A stretch of DNA of 64,000 nucleotides, taken from the NCBI GenBank assembly GCA_964536745.1, contig CAZHYL010000004.1:16545-80544 (forward strand), written 5' to 3'. Under the pieces are notes generated by a model. It made no database searches. It saw nothing but the letters and a program-made list of their open reading frames with translations, and had not been told where the DNA came from. Below are positions 9,246-18,989 of the stretch, in pieces. The stretch comes from an uncultured Candidatus Saccharibacteria bacterium (lineage in GTDB: Bacteria > Patescibacteriota > Doudnabacteria > UBA920). Both the position numbers and the translations under genes were made by a program. The stretch's first letter is position 1; each line of letters begins with the position of its first letter.

Positions 9246-9645
9246 CTTAGCCTCCGTTGAAATTGTTACCCTTACAGTACCATGCACAATTTATTTTGAA
9301 AACCCTTTAGAAATGGGGTAAATGGTATCCCTGTTCTTTCCCCAGACCAAGCCCAAAAAAAGGTGTTTTGGCTTAAATAAGCCCAAAAGTGCCAAAAACT
9401 CCTTGAAATTACTACCTAAATCTGGTAATATATCTCGGTACGGTACTGCTATTGGCAGGCTTTTTTATTTCCTGACTTTAATCCATTTAAAGCAAAAACT
9501 AGAGTAAAAAGCCTATAAATAACAGTAACCCGAAGGTCTTAAATAATCGAAATTTTCATTAAACCTCGATTGTGAAAGAAGGATTTGAAATTTATATTTC
9601 TGCCTTGGCTCACTCTCCGCGGTTAAGGAGTTGCATCCTGAATAA

Positions 9646-10302
9646 ATGAAAGCTCCCCTTACCTTAAGTTCTGCAGTCGAGAAGGCAATTGTATTATTCG
9701 CTTTCTTACCGGTAGTTAGTATGGTTTATCCAGAAACTGCCGTAGCAGCATTCTCTGCACAGAACCACGGCAACCAAGCTCTAGTTTTTCAAGTCAACTC
9801 AAAACAAAAACCTAACGGACAACCAACGCAAGACAACATAGAGGAAAATCCTACTTTGACGAATCCTTGTTATCCAGCACCGATCGATTCTTGTAACCCT
9901 GACGAAAGCCCAATGCATCTCTCAAATGTGAATGCAAAACTGGCTGTTCAGGAAAGAACAAATTCCGATTACTCTGGTATTCAATATTCCAAAGAAGAAG
10001 TTCAACAACTTATTGTAAGTTATTCTGAGCTATACGGTGTTAATCCGGAAACCCCTCTGTGTATCGCTCGTTTAGAAAGTGGTTACAACCAGTTTAGTAA
10101 GAACCGTGGTGGTTCTACTGCGAGTGGAGTCTTCCAATATCTTACCTCTACATGGAGACATACCGATGAAGGTAAAGCAGGTCATAGCGTCTTTGACGCT
10201 GAGGCTAATGTGAAAGCTGCTGTAAAATATATGGCGGTTCATAAAAGCACTAAACCATGGACTGTAAGAGGGAAGTGTCCTGCACTATCGTTCACAAAAT
10301 AA
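9646..10302 (+). CDS. Secreted lytic transglycosylase (SLT/lysozyme-like domain)
   Basis: N-terminal hydrophobic segment; IARLESGYN, ASGVFQY, FDAEANV..PW motifs. Confidence 0.85.
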   Translation: MKAPLTLSSAVEKAIVLFAFLPVVSMVYPETAVAAFSAQNHGNQALVFQVNSKQKPNGQPTQDNIEENPTLTNPCYPAPIDSCNPDESPMHLSNVNAKLAVQERTNSDYSGIQYSKEEVQQLIVSYSELYGVNPETPLCIARLESGYNQFSKNRGGSTASGVFQYLTSTWRHTDEGKAGHSVFDAEANVKAAVKYMAVHKSTKPWTVRGKCPALSFTK

Positions 10303-10323
10303 TAATTACAAACTGTAATTCAT

Positions 10324-10352
10324 AAAGCCCCGCCCGAATAGGGCGGGGTTTT
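10324..10352 (+). terminator. Intrinsic terminator
   Basis: gccccgccc-gaata-gggcggggtttt. Confidence 0.8.
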
Positions 10353-10400
10353 ATCTTGAATAAAGTTGGTGGTTCAGCTAAAATTAGACAGTATCAAGTC

Positions 10401-10475
<75 letters not shown>

Positions 10476-10483
10476 CTGAGATA

Positions 10484-10642
10484 CACATTCACACTTGGGC
10501 CAAGCTTGAGCAGGGCTAAGGAGTGTAACGACGAAGCCTGTTGCGAAAGCGAAGGTTAAGCGTGAATGTGAGAGGAAGACATTTGGGAGCAGATGAGCCA
10601 GCAGACTGCAAAGCAGGACTGCGGCGAATGAGCGAGCAAATG
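10484..10642 (+). ncRNA. Structured GC-rich inter-tRNA element (REP-like or ncRNA candidate)
   Basis: Stems CACATTCAC/GTGAATGTG and CATTTG/CAAATG with nested hairpins. Confidence 0.45.
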
Positions 10643-10651
10643 ATCGGACGT

Positions 10652-10738
10652 GCCTGGGTGGCGGAACTGGTATACGCACAGGACTTAAAATCCTGGGCCA
10701 GAAATGGATTGAGGGTTCGATTCCCTCCCCAGGCACCA
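10652..10738 (+). tRNA. tRNA-Leu(TAA)
   Basis: CAGGA-CT-TAA-AA-TCCTG; variable arm; CCA. Confidence 0.95.
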
Positions 10739-10786
10739 ATAAAAGAACAGCACGATAAGTGATGTTCTTTTATTTATGTTTATATA

Positions 10787-11005
10787 GAGGGAATCGAAAA
10801 GAGCGGTTCGCCGAAGGCGAAACTTGATGCGACTGTTTGGAGCATCAAGTAGCGGCGGGGTCGCGTTAGGCGTCATCCGAAACGACTGAAAGGAGTTGAG
10901 GATAGACGTGGGCGACCGATTCCCATGCCAGCAAAGCTGGCATTTTTTGCAACCCCATACAAAAAACCGAGTAATGGCAAGGCACGGATGAACCCCCAAG
11001 CACCA
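10787..11005 (+). other. tRNA-3'-linked multibranch structured element with tRNA-end remnants
   Basis: 12-nt antisense to the T-arm; three internal hairpins; terminator 10925-10948; ccccaagcacca ending at 11005. Confidence 0.55.
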
Positions 11006-11039
11006 TTTTAAAAACACCCCAAGTTGGGGTGTTTTTTAT

Positions 11040-12293
11040 TTACTTAGCCTTTTCTTCTGCTGGAACTTCTTCCTTCGCTTCTTCTGTAGCAGTCTCAACT
11101 ACTTCTTCGACTTTTGCTTCAACTTCTGCTTTTTTTGGAGCTTCAGTAAGTTGTTTAATAGATAGACCTAAACGATGTTCAGACGGTTCAATTGAAATAA
11201 CCTTAAACTCATATTCTTGACCTTCTTTAACAACTTCATTGGCATCTTTTACTTCATCATGAGACAACTCTCCTAAATGAGCCAATCCTTGTATGTCCTG
11301 ATCTAATTCTACAAACACACCAAATGGCATGATCTTTGAAACTTTACCTTTAACAACCTGACCAAGCTGGTATTTCTTCACAGACTCCTGCCATGGATCA
11401 TTTTGGAGTTGTTTGATAGACAAGGAAACACGTCCTTTTTCTATAGCAATAACTTTAGCTTGGACTGTATCGCCGACTTTGAATAAGTCTTTTGGATTTT
11501 CAATTCTTTGCCACGCAAGTTCACTAATATGAACCAAACCTTCTAATTCACCAAATTTTACAAAGACACCAAAGTCTACAATACCAGTAATCTGACCAGT
11601 AACTAAATCACCGATCTTCAAAGCAGATAGATTCTTTTGAAGATCTTCTTCGAAGACTGCCTTTTCAGAAACAATCAACTTTTCTTCTTCACTATCAGCA
11701 GTAATTACTTGGACATTAAAATGCTGCCCTACATAACTATTTAAGATTCCTAAAATACGATTCTTGTCACCTTCTTCAACACGAGGGTAGTGTTCGATAG
11801 ATAATTGTGAAACCGGCAAGAAACCAACAACATTGTTAATTTCAATCATCAAGCCACCTTTGTTAGCAGACAAAATTTTTGTTGCAACAACTTCTTTGCT
11901 TTCCATAAGCTCGCGTAATTTTTGCCATACACGTTCATGACCAGCCTGACGAAGAGACAATTCAACATTACCTTCACGGTTTTCTGTTTCAACAACAGAA
12001 GCCTCAATAGTATCACCAGGCTTAAGTGAGTTAAGAGTGGCTTGATCATCATAAAGTTCACGACCACGAACCACACCAACTCCGTAACCAGCCAAGTTTA
12101 AGAACACTTCGTTCTTGGTTACAGAAATAATTGTGCCCTCTACCATATCACCTGGTTTTAGCACGCGAATTTCAGCACCGCTAGCAATAAGGTCGTTCAT
12201 GGTTTGTGCACTGGAGTCTCCAGTTACACTAGAAGGAACAACTTGCTCACCAACAGGTTCGCCAGCTGGCGAATGGATATTTTCTTCTGACAT
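11040..12293 (-). CDS. rpsA: 30S ribosomal protein S1 (four S1 domains)
   Basis: Repeated S1 motifs NKGGL, GFLPVSQL, DFGVFV, GLVHISELAW. Confidence 0.92.
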   Translation of the reverse strand: MSEENIHSPAGEPVGEQVVPSSVTGDSSAQTMNDLIASGAEIRVLKPGDMVEGTIISVTKNEVFLNLAGYGVGVVRGRELYDDQATLNSLKPGDTIEASVVETENREGNVELSLRQAGHERVWQKLRELMESKEVVATKILSANKGGLMIEINNVVGFLPVSQLSIEHYPRVEEGDKNRILGILNSYVGQHFNVQVITADSEEEKLIVSEKAVFEEDLQKNLSALKIGDLVTGQITGIVDFGVFVKFGELEGLVHISELAWQRIENPKDLFKVGDTVQAKVIAIEKGRVSLSIKQLQNDPWQESVKKYQLGQVVKGKVSKIMPFGVFVELDQDIQGLAHLGELSHDEVKDANEVVKEGQEYEFKVISIEPSEHRLGLSIKQLTEAPKKAEVEAKVEEVVETATEEAKEEVPAEEKAK

Positions 12294-12320
12294 TAATTAA
12301 TACTTTCCTAATATACAAAT

Positions 12321-12481
12321 AAAAAACAACGTCTAGACGTTGAGTGAATATCTAAAAACGATTCTTGTATATTAATTATTAAACACGCCAATTACTTAGA
12401 CCTACCGGAGGTTAAAAATTAGATAAAGGCGTGTACGCCGGTAAGTAGGGGAATTATAGCCGAAACCTTAGGTTTTGTAAA
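12321..12481 (-). promoter_or_regulatory. rpsA promoter and structured leader
   Basis: TTTACA-17-TATAAT (12481-12453); crossed stems; terminator-like palindrome 12327-12342. Confidence 0.55.
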
Positions 12482-12537
12482 GGTTTTTTAGATAATTATT
12501 GGTTGTAGAATCGCCACATTTTTGCTATAATTTCTGT

Positions 12538-13167
12538 ATGCAAATTCAATATTTCGGCCTTTCTAGCTTCAAAATAACCACAAAAGAAGCCACAATTATT
12601 ACTGACCCATTCGACAAAGAATCTGGCCTAACCCCTCCAAGAGGAGCTGCGGATATTCTGATTCTCGCCGAAAAAAATAACAAGCTCTATAATGCCACAT
12701 CTGGTATCTCGGGGGAGCCTTTTTTAATTAACGACCCAGGGGAATATGATCTAAAAGGTGTTACAGTAACTGGAATCCCACTCAAACAAGATGAGGGCAG
12801 GTTCGTAACTGTCTTTCTTATCGAAAGCGAAGATATCTCTATTTTAAACTTAACCCATATTCGCGAATGGAATATCGATCATGATGATCTTGAAGACTTG
12901 GGCGAAATAGATATTCTTTTATTACCAGTTGGTAGCAACAGTGTTCTAACTCCAAAGCTCGCTTCTCAGATCGCTCACGACATAGAACCAAAAATTGTGA
13001 TCCCTTCGCACTACGAAACTAGCGGGTTGAAATTACCAAATGAAAAAGTTGAAGTCTTTGTTAAACAGTTTGGTGGTAAAGCAGAAGAAATGGAAAAGTT
13101 AACTGTTAAGAAAAAAGATTTAGTTGAAGAAAAAACTCAAATTATCACATTACAACCTCTAAGATAA
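12538..13167 (+). CDS. Metallo-beta-lactamase-fold protein (Lactamase_B_3-like)
   Basis: IITDPF, PGEYDLKG, IDILLLPVG, IEPKIVIPSHY; several metal ligands appear lost. Confidence 0.8.
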   Translation: MQIQYFGLSSFKITTKEATIITDPFDKESGLTPPRGAADILILAEKNNKLYNATSGISGEPFLINDPGEYDLKGVTVTGIPLKQDEGRFVTVFLIESEDISILNLTHIREWNIDHDDLEDLGEIDILLLPVGSNSVLTPKLASQIAHDIEPKIVIPSHYETSGLKLPNEKVEVFVKQFGGKAEEMEKLTVKKKDLVEEKTQIITLQPLR

Positions 13168-13169
13168 AG

Positions 13170-13388
13170 ATGAAAGATATTATTTCTAAAATAAGACGGA
13201 AGCCTCACGACCAAAAATCGAAAATTGTTTGGATGGCGGCAGGAATAATTACAGTTATTTTGTTAATTGCTTGGGCAATAATCGGAATCCCTAAACGAAA
13301 TTCCGATGGAGGACAAGTAATTAATGATTTCACTAAAGAAATTGAAAGTAGTAAAGACACAATCCCTAATCTCCTTAAACAAGAATAA
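13170..13388 (+). CDS. Small single-TM hypothetical protein
   Basis: One hydrophobic helix; packed between MBL gene and gyrA. Confidence 0.7.
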   Translation: MKDIISKIRRKPHDQKSKIVWMAAGIITVILLIAWAIIGIPKRNSDGGQVINDFTKEIESSKDTIPNLLKQE

Positions 13389-13390
13389 TT

Positions 13391-15862
13391 ATGGCCAAGG
13401 ACAACACAACCACATCACATCCAGATAATGTTGGTGTAATCAAACAACGTTTCCTAGAACAGGAAATGCAAGAATCATATCTAGATTACGCGATGAGCGT
13501 AATTGTTCAACGTGCCCTTCCAGATGTCCGCGATGGACTTAAGCCAGTTCACCGCAGAATCTTATATGCCATGCACGCGATGGGTCTACGAAGTGGGGGT
13601 AAGACCACAAAATCTGCAAAAGTCGTCGGTGAAGTTTTAGGAAAGTTCCACCCTCATGGCGATACTGCTGTATACGACTCCATGGTTCACATGGCACAAG
13701 AGTTTTCTATGCGCTATCCGCTGGTAATTGGTCAGGGAAACTTTGGTTCTATGGATGGTGACAACCCTGCAGCTATGCGTTATACCGAAGCCAAGATGAG
13801 CGCCTTTGCAGAAGCTATTTTGGAAGATATCGATAAAGACACTGTGGATTGGCGAGATAACTACGATACTACCGAAAAAGAGCCTTCTGTTCTACCAGGT
13901 AAACTGCCTAACTTACTACTTAACGGCACTTTGGGTATTGCTGTGGGTATGGCAACAGACATCCCGCCACACAACCTAACCGAAGTTGCTAATGCAATTA
14001 TTGCTGTAATTGAAAATGAAGACGTCACTATTGATGAACTCACCGATATAGTCCAAGGTCCAGATTTTCCTACTGGTGGTATTATCTATGATAGAAAAGC
14101 CATCAAAGAAGCTTACATGAGTGGTAAGGGTGGGATTGTTACTCGAGGTAAAACCGAAATAGAAGAAATGAATAACGGTTCTTACAGAATTCTTATCAAT
14201 GAAATTCCTTACCGTGTGAACAAAGCTACCTTATTAGAAAAAATTGCCTTATTGGTTCAAGAGAAAAAGATTGAAGGAATAAAAGATGTCCGCGACGAAA
14301 GCGACAAAGATGGAGTGCGGGTTGTTATTGAACTTAAAAAGGGAGCTCTAGCTAACAAAATTTTGAACCAGCTCTATAAATTTACTCAACTCCAAGATAC
14401 CTTCCACATGAACACCTTGGCATTGGTTGATGGTATTGAACCACACGTACTTAATCTAAAAACGATTCTAGAAAAGTATATCGAACATCGCCAAATTGTT
14501 GTTCGTCGTCGTACTGAATTCGAATTACGCAAAGCCCAAGAAAGAGCTCACGTATTAGAAGGGTTAAAAATTGCGCTAGATAATATTGATGCTGTAATCA
14601 AAACAATCAGAGCTAGTAAGGATCGTTTAGAAGCTCATGCTAATTTAATTAAGAAGTTTAAGCTTACCGATATCCAAACCAATGCGATTTTGGATATGAG
14701 ACTTCAAACCTTAGCTGGACTAGAACGCAAAAAGATTGAAGATGAATTAGCAGAAAAGCTAAAACTGATCGCTGAATTAGAAAGTATTCTAAAATCTACC
14801 AAGAAAATTTTAGGCATCATTAAAGATGAAGTAACAGAACTAAGAGATAAATTTGGTGATGAACGACGCACCCAAATAGTTGCCCAAGGAATTGGCGACT
14901 TCAAGGCTGAAGACTTAATCCCAGAAGACAATGTGATTATTTCCACAACTAAGTCTGGATACATTAAACGTCAATCACCAGACACCTACAGACAACAGTC
15001 TCGTGGTGGTAAGGGTGTTATTGGCCAGTCTTTGAAAGAAGAGGATGTAGTAGACCAAGTACTTTCTGCTTCTACCCACGATGATGTAATGTTCTTCACC
15101 AATAAAGGGCGTGTCCTAGTAACAAAGGCCTACGAACTTCCAGAGAGCTCTAGAACCAGTAAAGGACAAGCTTTGGTAAACTTCCTTCAGCTTGCTCCAG
15201 AAGAGTTCGCCACTGCTGTACTAGCAGTCTCTAAAAATAGCGATGCTAACTTTATTGTGATGGCTACCAGAAATGGTCTTATCAAAAAGGTTAAAAAAGA
15301 TGAATTTGCCAAAGTACGTAAATCAGGAATCATTGCTTTAAATCTTAAAGGTGATGATGAACTACGCTGGGTTAATGTCAGTTCTGGTGAGGATGAGATT
15401 ATGCTTTCTACTGAAGATGGCCAAGCAATTCGTTTTAAAGAAAGTGATGTAAGAGCTATGGGCCGCTTAGCTGCTGGTGTTGGTGGAATCAGACTTAAAA
15501 AGGGTGATCATGTAATTTCAATGGATATTATTACAAAAGCAATGAGTGGTAGCGATCGTGATGTCCTTGTGATCACCGAGAATGGTTTGGGTAAGAAGAC
15601 TCCAATAAAAGATTATAAAACTCAAAAACGAGCTGGTAGTGGAATTAAAACTGTGAAGATCACAGCCAAAACCGGTAAAATTGTTTCAATGTGCATCCTA
15701 GACAAGAGTGATGAAGAAAAAGATCTTCTCTTAATCTCTAAGCAAGGACAAACTATTAGAACCCCACTAAAGACTATCTCTACACTTGGTAGGGCAACTC
15801 AAGGGGTGAGAGTGATGAAACTAAATAATGATGATACTGTTGCCAGCGCAACCGTAGTATAA
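13391..15862 (+). CDS. gyrA: DNA gyrase subunit A
   Basis: [28 protein letters not shown], GyrA-box QSRGGKG. Confidence 0.98.
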   Translation: MAKDNTTTSHPDNVGVIKQRFLEQEMQESYLDYAMSVIVQRALPDVRDGLKPVHRRILYAMHAMGLRSGGKTTKSAKVVGEVLGKFHPHGDTAVYDSMVHMAQEFSMRYPLVIGQGNFGSMDGDNPAAMRYTEAKMSAFAEAILEDIDKDTVDWRDNYDTTEKEPSVLPGKLPNLLLNGTLGIAVGMATDIPPHNLTEVANAIIAVIENEDVTIDELTDIVQGPDFPTGGIIYDRKAIKEAYMSGKGGIVTRGKTEIEEMNNGSYRILINEIPYRVNKATLLEKIALLVQEKKIEGIKDVRDESDKDGVRVVIELKKGALANKILNQLYKFTQLQDTFHMNTLALVDGIEPHVLNLKTILEKYIEHRQIVVRRRTEFELRKAQERAHVLEGLKIALDNIDAVIKTIRASKDRLEAHANLIKKFKLTDIQTNAILDMRLQTLAGLERKKIEDELAEKLKLIAELESILKSTKKILGIIKDEVTELRDKFGDERRTQIVAQGIGDFKAEDLIPEDNVIISTTKSGYIKRQSPDTYRQQSRGGKGVIGQSLKEEDVVDQVLSASTHDDVMFFTNKGRVLVTKAYELPESSRTSKGQALVNFLQLAPEEFATAVLAVSKNSDANFIVMATRNGLIKKVKKDEFAKVRKSGIIALNLKGDDELRWVNVSSGEDEIMLSTEDGQAIRFKESDVRAMGRLAAGVGGIRLKKGDHVISMDIITKAMSGSDRDVLVITENGLGKKTPIKDYKTQKRAGSGIKTVKITAKTGKIVSMCILDKSDEEKDLLLISKQGQTIRTPLKTISTLGRATQGVRVMKLNNDDTVASATVV

Positions 15863-15863
15863 A

Positions 15864-15893
15864 TAAAAAACGAGTCCTGTGTGGACTCGTTTT
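15864..15893. terminator. Bidirectional terminator
   Basis: aaaaaacgagtcc-tgtgt-ggactcgtttt. Confidence 0.75.
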
Positions 15894-15896
15894 CGA

Positions 15897-17099
15897 TTAT
15901 AAAATTTCGGCTTCTACAAACTCCGTTGCTTGTTCCTCAAATTGATCTGCAACTTCTCTGTCGAGATTAACATGAACACGATAAGTGGTCGGCAAAGTTG
16001 CGCTGTTAGATGAATTAAAGGTTGAGGCTAATAACTCCTCAACGGTTGTATCTCCAGAATACCAAGAAACTGGCAAGTTGATTCTTCTTTCCATCTTATC
16101 TGGCCCAGCATAGATCGTAACCTGAGATGTTTGCAACTTGTTCCTACGAGCAAACTCAAGCCCTAAACTAATTCTAGACTCAAAGTCACCAGAAAAAGCT
16201 TTCAGTCTATCTGAAGGTTCTGTGGTAGTGATATTAACCACTTGCTTAAACCAATCCCAATTCTGAATCTTTCTCATGAGATCAGGACTTGCATCCAGCA
16301 AGAGCCGCACCATTTCCGAGTCTGATTTGTAGAAATCATTTTTCGTTAAAGTGCCGACCTGATACGCGTCCCACGCTGCTTGGAATATCATCGTGGCGAC
16401 AACCAAATGAGGAGCAGTGTAGATCTCTTCATAAACATTACGCCGCAATTCTTTCCACCCATTTATCCAATGCGGAAGATTTACATTTCCCCCCAGACTC
16501 CAGCAGTCGTCCCATTTAAAACATTTAGCGATGTTAGAAGGGGTGATCCTTTCTGGACCATACAGAGAGCCTGTACACCAAGCGTATCGATAGATGTTGT
16601 CTAGATTGTCTACATCCATATCGCCATGAATGATGTCAGAAAATGGCTTCATCCTCCCCCTAATCATTTTGACTACATCCATAGGCTCAACACCAATATT
16701 TATCAAGGCTTTCTTGGTAGAATACCCGATTGGATGATCAAGAAGTACCTCGAGAAAACTTTCTCCATCATGTCCAATTGCTTGCTTCATCAATCTTTCG
16801 ATTAAGTGTGCAAAAGGAGAATTTCCCCAATCGTGCATTAGTGCAGAAGAAAGAATCAATCTTTTTTCATCTTCGGTAAGATACAGATTGCTGTTACAAA
16901 CAAGTAACGCCAACCTCATTGCCCCAACTCCATGGTGAAATCTACTTGGGAGACTACCACTTACCCTAAATTGATTAACGACTGTGCCCATTGTAATATC
17001 TCGAGCTCTCACCGCAAGCTCGGTATGGAAAAGTGGTTTAATAAACTCGGGAATTTCAAAAGTTCCATATATTGGATCTTTATACCAAAATTTTGTCAT
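15897..17099 (-). CDS. HD-domain phosphohydrolase, dNTP triphosphohydrolase (SAMHD1/YdhJ)-like
   Basis: DPIYG, SRFHHGVG, LMHDWGNSPFAH, DMDVDNLD; start reset after GGAGG 17105-17109. Confidence 0.8.
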   Translation of the reverse strand: MTKFWYKDPIYGTFEIPEFIKPLFHTELAVRARDITMGTVVNQFRVSGSLPSRFHHGVGAMRLALLVCNSNLYLTEDEKRLILSSALMHDWGNSPFAHLIERLMKQAIGHDGESFLEVLLDHPIGYSTKKALINIGVEPMDVVKMIRGRMKPFSDIIHGDMDVDNLDNIYRYAWCTGSLYGPERITPSNIAKCFKWDDCWSLGGNVNLPHWINGWKELRRNVYEEIYTAPHLVVATMIFQAAWDAYQVGTLTKNDFYKSDSEMVRLLLDASPDLMRKIQNWDWFKQVVNITTTEPSDRLKAFSGDFESRISLGLEFARRNKLQTSQVTIYAGPDKMERRINLPVSWYSGDTTVEELLASTFNSSNSATLPTTYRVHVNLDREVADQFEEQATEFVEAEIL

Positions 17100-17217
17100 A
17101 ACTTCCTCCCTAATCTTTGAAATACCGTTCATACTATCATGCCATATTTCACAGGTCAAACAGGCTATTGATGCTAAAAGTATTCTTCTCTATAATATAT
17201 AAGAATTCTATAAATAG

Positions 17218-17294
17218 GGGTGTGTAGCTCAGTTGGTTAGAGCACAAAGCTTATACCTTTGCGGTCCATGGTTCGAGTCCATGCACACCCACCA
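17218..17294 (+). tRNA. tRNA-Ile(TAT)
   Basis: GGGTGTG/CACACCC acceptor stem; CAAAG-CT-TAT-AC-CTTTG; A73; CCA. Confidence 0.92.
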
Positions 17295-17334
17295 CCAAAC
17301 GCACTCAAACATATTTTCAATATAATTAACAATT

Positions 17335-17604
17335 ATGACCCCAGAAAGACAACAAGAAATATTTGAAGACAAGTATCAAGGAAAGCTTGGTATTTCATAT
17401 GATGAATGGCTTGAAAGTGCACCAGAAACAGAAGATCAAGCTTACGAGAAATTAGAAGAAATTGATACTGAATTAAAGCAAATTGTAGATATACTTGCTA
17501 ACACACCGCCCGAAGAAAAAGATGAATTAGAAGATGAACGTGACCGTCTTAAATTAGAATATGATCTCATAGAAGAAATGTTTGGTTTAGAATTAGAACA
17601 CTAA
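17335..17604 (+). CDS. Acidic helical hypothetical protein
   Basis: 89 aa, E/D-rich; stop overlaps rsmI start. Confidence 0.75.
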   Translation: MTPERQQEIFEDKYQGKLGISYDEWLESAPETEDQAYEKLEEIDTELKQIVDILANTPPEEKDELEDERDRLKLEYDLIEEMFGLELEH

Positions 17605-18269
17605 TGTTATACATAGTCCCAACCCCACTTGGTAATTTAGAAGATATTTCGGCACGAGCTATACAGTGTTTACGCTCGTGCGATTTTATTGTTGCGGAAA
17701 ACCCATCCACTACTCACAAACTTTTACAATTGCTAAAGCTTCCCAAAAAAGAAGTTATCCAATTTGCCGATCATAATGAAGTAAAAGTCTTACCAAAAAT
17801 TTCCGAACGACTAAATAATGAAACTGCTTGCTTAGTAAGCGATGCAGGAACTCCAGCAATCTCTGACCCAGGCTTTAGGATTGTTCGAGAGTGTAGAAAA
17901 TTGGGAATTCAAGTTGTATCTTTACCAGGTGCCAGCGCTGCTATTACTGCCTTAGCAGGGTCTGGCCTTCCCACAGACAAATTTTTATTCAATGGGTTTT
18001 TACCAAAAACCGAACCAAAGCTCCTACGTTTAATTGAAGAGTCAAAAACTGTAGAGGCGACTCTAATTGCTTATGAATCACCTCAGCGATTACTTAAAAC
18101 TGTTGGTGTGATACAAAAAAATTATCCAGAGATTAATCTTGTTATCGCTAGGGAATTAACAAAACTGCATGAAGAATATATTCATGGAACCTCTACTGAA
18201 GTTCTGGATACTTTAAAAAACAAGCCCTCTATTAAAGGCGAGATTACTTTATTACTATCTTTTAAATAA
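17604..18269 (+). CDS. rsmI: 16S rRNA C1402 2'-O-methyltransferase
   Basis: LYIVPTPLGNLEDIS, VSDAGTPAISDPG, YESPQR, RELTKLHEE. Confidence 0.95.
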   Translation: MLYIVPTPLGNLEDISARAIQCLRSCDFIVAENPSTTHKLLQLLKLPKKEVIQFADHNEVKVLPKISERLNNETACLVSDAGTPAISDPGFRIVRECRKLGIQVVSLPGASAAITALAGSGLPTDKFLFNGFLPKTEPKLLRLIEESKTVEATLIAYESPQRLLKTVGVIQKNYPEINLVIARELTKLHEEYIHGTSTEVLDTLKNKPSIKGEITLLLSFK

Positions 18270-18989
18270 ATGAGTGGTCATAGTAAATGGTCGACAATCA
18301 AAAGAGCGAAAGGAGCGCTAGATGCCAAGCGCAGTGCTTTATTTGGAAAACTTTCGAAGAAAATTTCTATCGCAACCAGAGAAGGTGGGGGAGGAGACCC
18401 TAGTCATAATTTCAAGCTACGCGTAGAAATAGAAAAAGCTAGGGCACAAAGTATGCCCAACGATAATATAGAACGGGCCATTAAGAAAGGGTTGGGGCAA
18501 GGAGGTGGGCCAGCCATAGAAGAAATTGTTTATGAAGGGTACGGACCAAATGGGGTAGCATTATTAATAGAAACTGCGACTGATAACTCAAATCGAACAG
18601 TTCAGAGCATTAAGCATATTCTATCTAAAAACGGTGGTAGCTTAGGATCAAAAGGCTCTACCGCATGGCAATTCGAAACTATTGGGCAAATTATGGTTGA
18701 AAATACCGGCAATGGTACTGAAGATTCTGAGCTCTTGGCAATTGAAAACGGTGCCAAAGATACAGAAAGCTCTAGTGATGGCCTGATCATAGTTACCGAA
18801 GCGGCCGAACTTAATGAAGTTACAAACAAACTTAAAGAAGCCGGAGCAAAAATTGCTTCAAGTGAAATTATTCGTAGAAGTACTCAACCAACCACACCAA
18901 CCGAAGACCTAGAAAATAAAATTAACCACCTGGTGGAATTACTGGAAGAAGATGATGATGTTATTTCAGTATTCACATCACTAAATTAA
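18270..18989 (+). CDS. yebC: YebC/PmpR family protein
   Basis: MSGHSKWSTIK, YEGYGP, TDNSNRT. Confidence 0.95.
   Translation: MSGHSKWSTIKRAKGALDAKRSALFGKLSKKISIATREGGGGDPSHNFKLRVEIEKARAQSMPNDNIERAIKKGLGQGGGPAIEEIVYEGYGPNGVALLIETATDNSNRTVQSIKHILSKNGGSLGSKGSTAWQFETIGQIMVENTGNGTEDSELLAIENGAKDTESSSDGLIIVTEAAELNEVTNKLKEAGAKIASSEIIRRSTQPTTPTEDLENKINHLVELLEEDDDVISVFTSLN

Noticed and set aside
9322-9507. 61-aa ORF upstream of the transglycosylase
   Set aside because: Spans the promoter and leader; low-complexity sequence with no RBS
9437-9645. Known c-di-AMP or c-di-GMP riboswitch
   Set aside because: Consensus motifs not found by eye
10589-10630. Active hammerhead ribozyme
   Set aside because: Core reads CAGATGA..GAAT rather than CTGANGA..GAAA, and I could not build stems I and III
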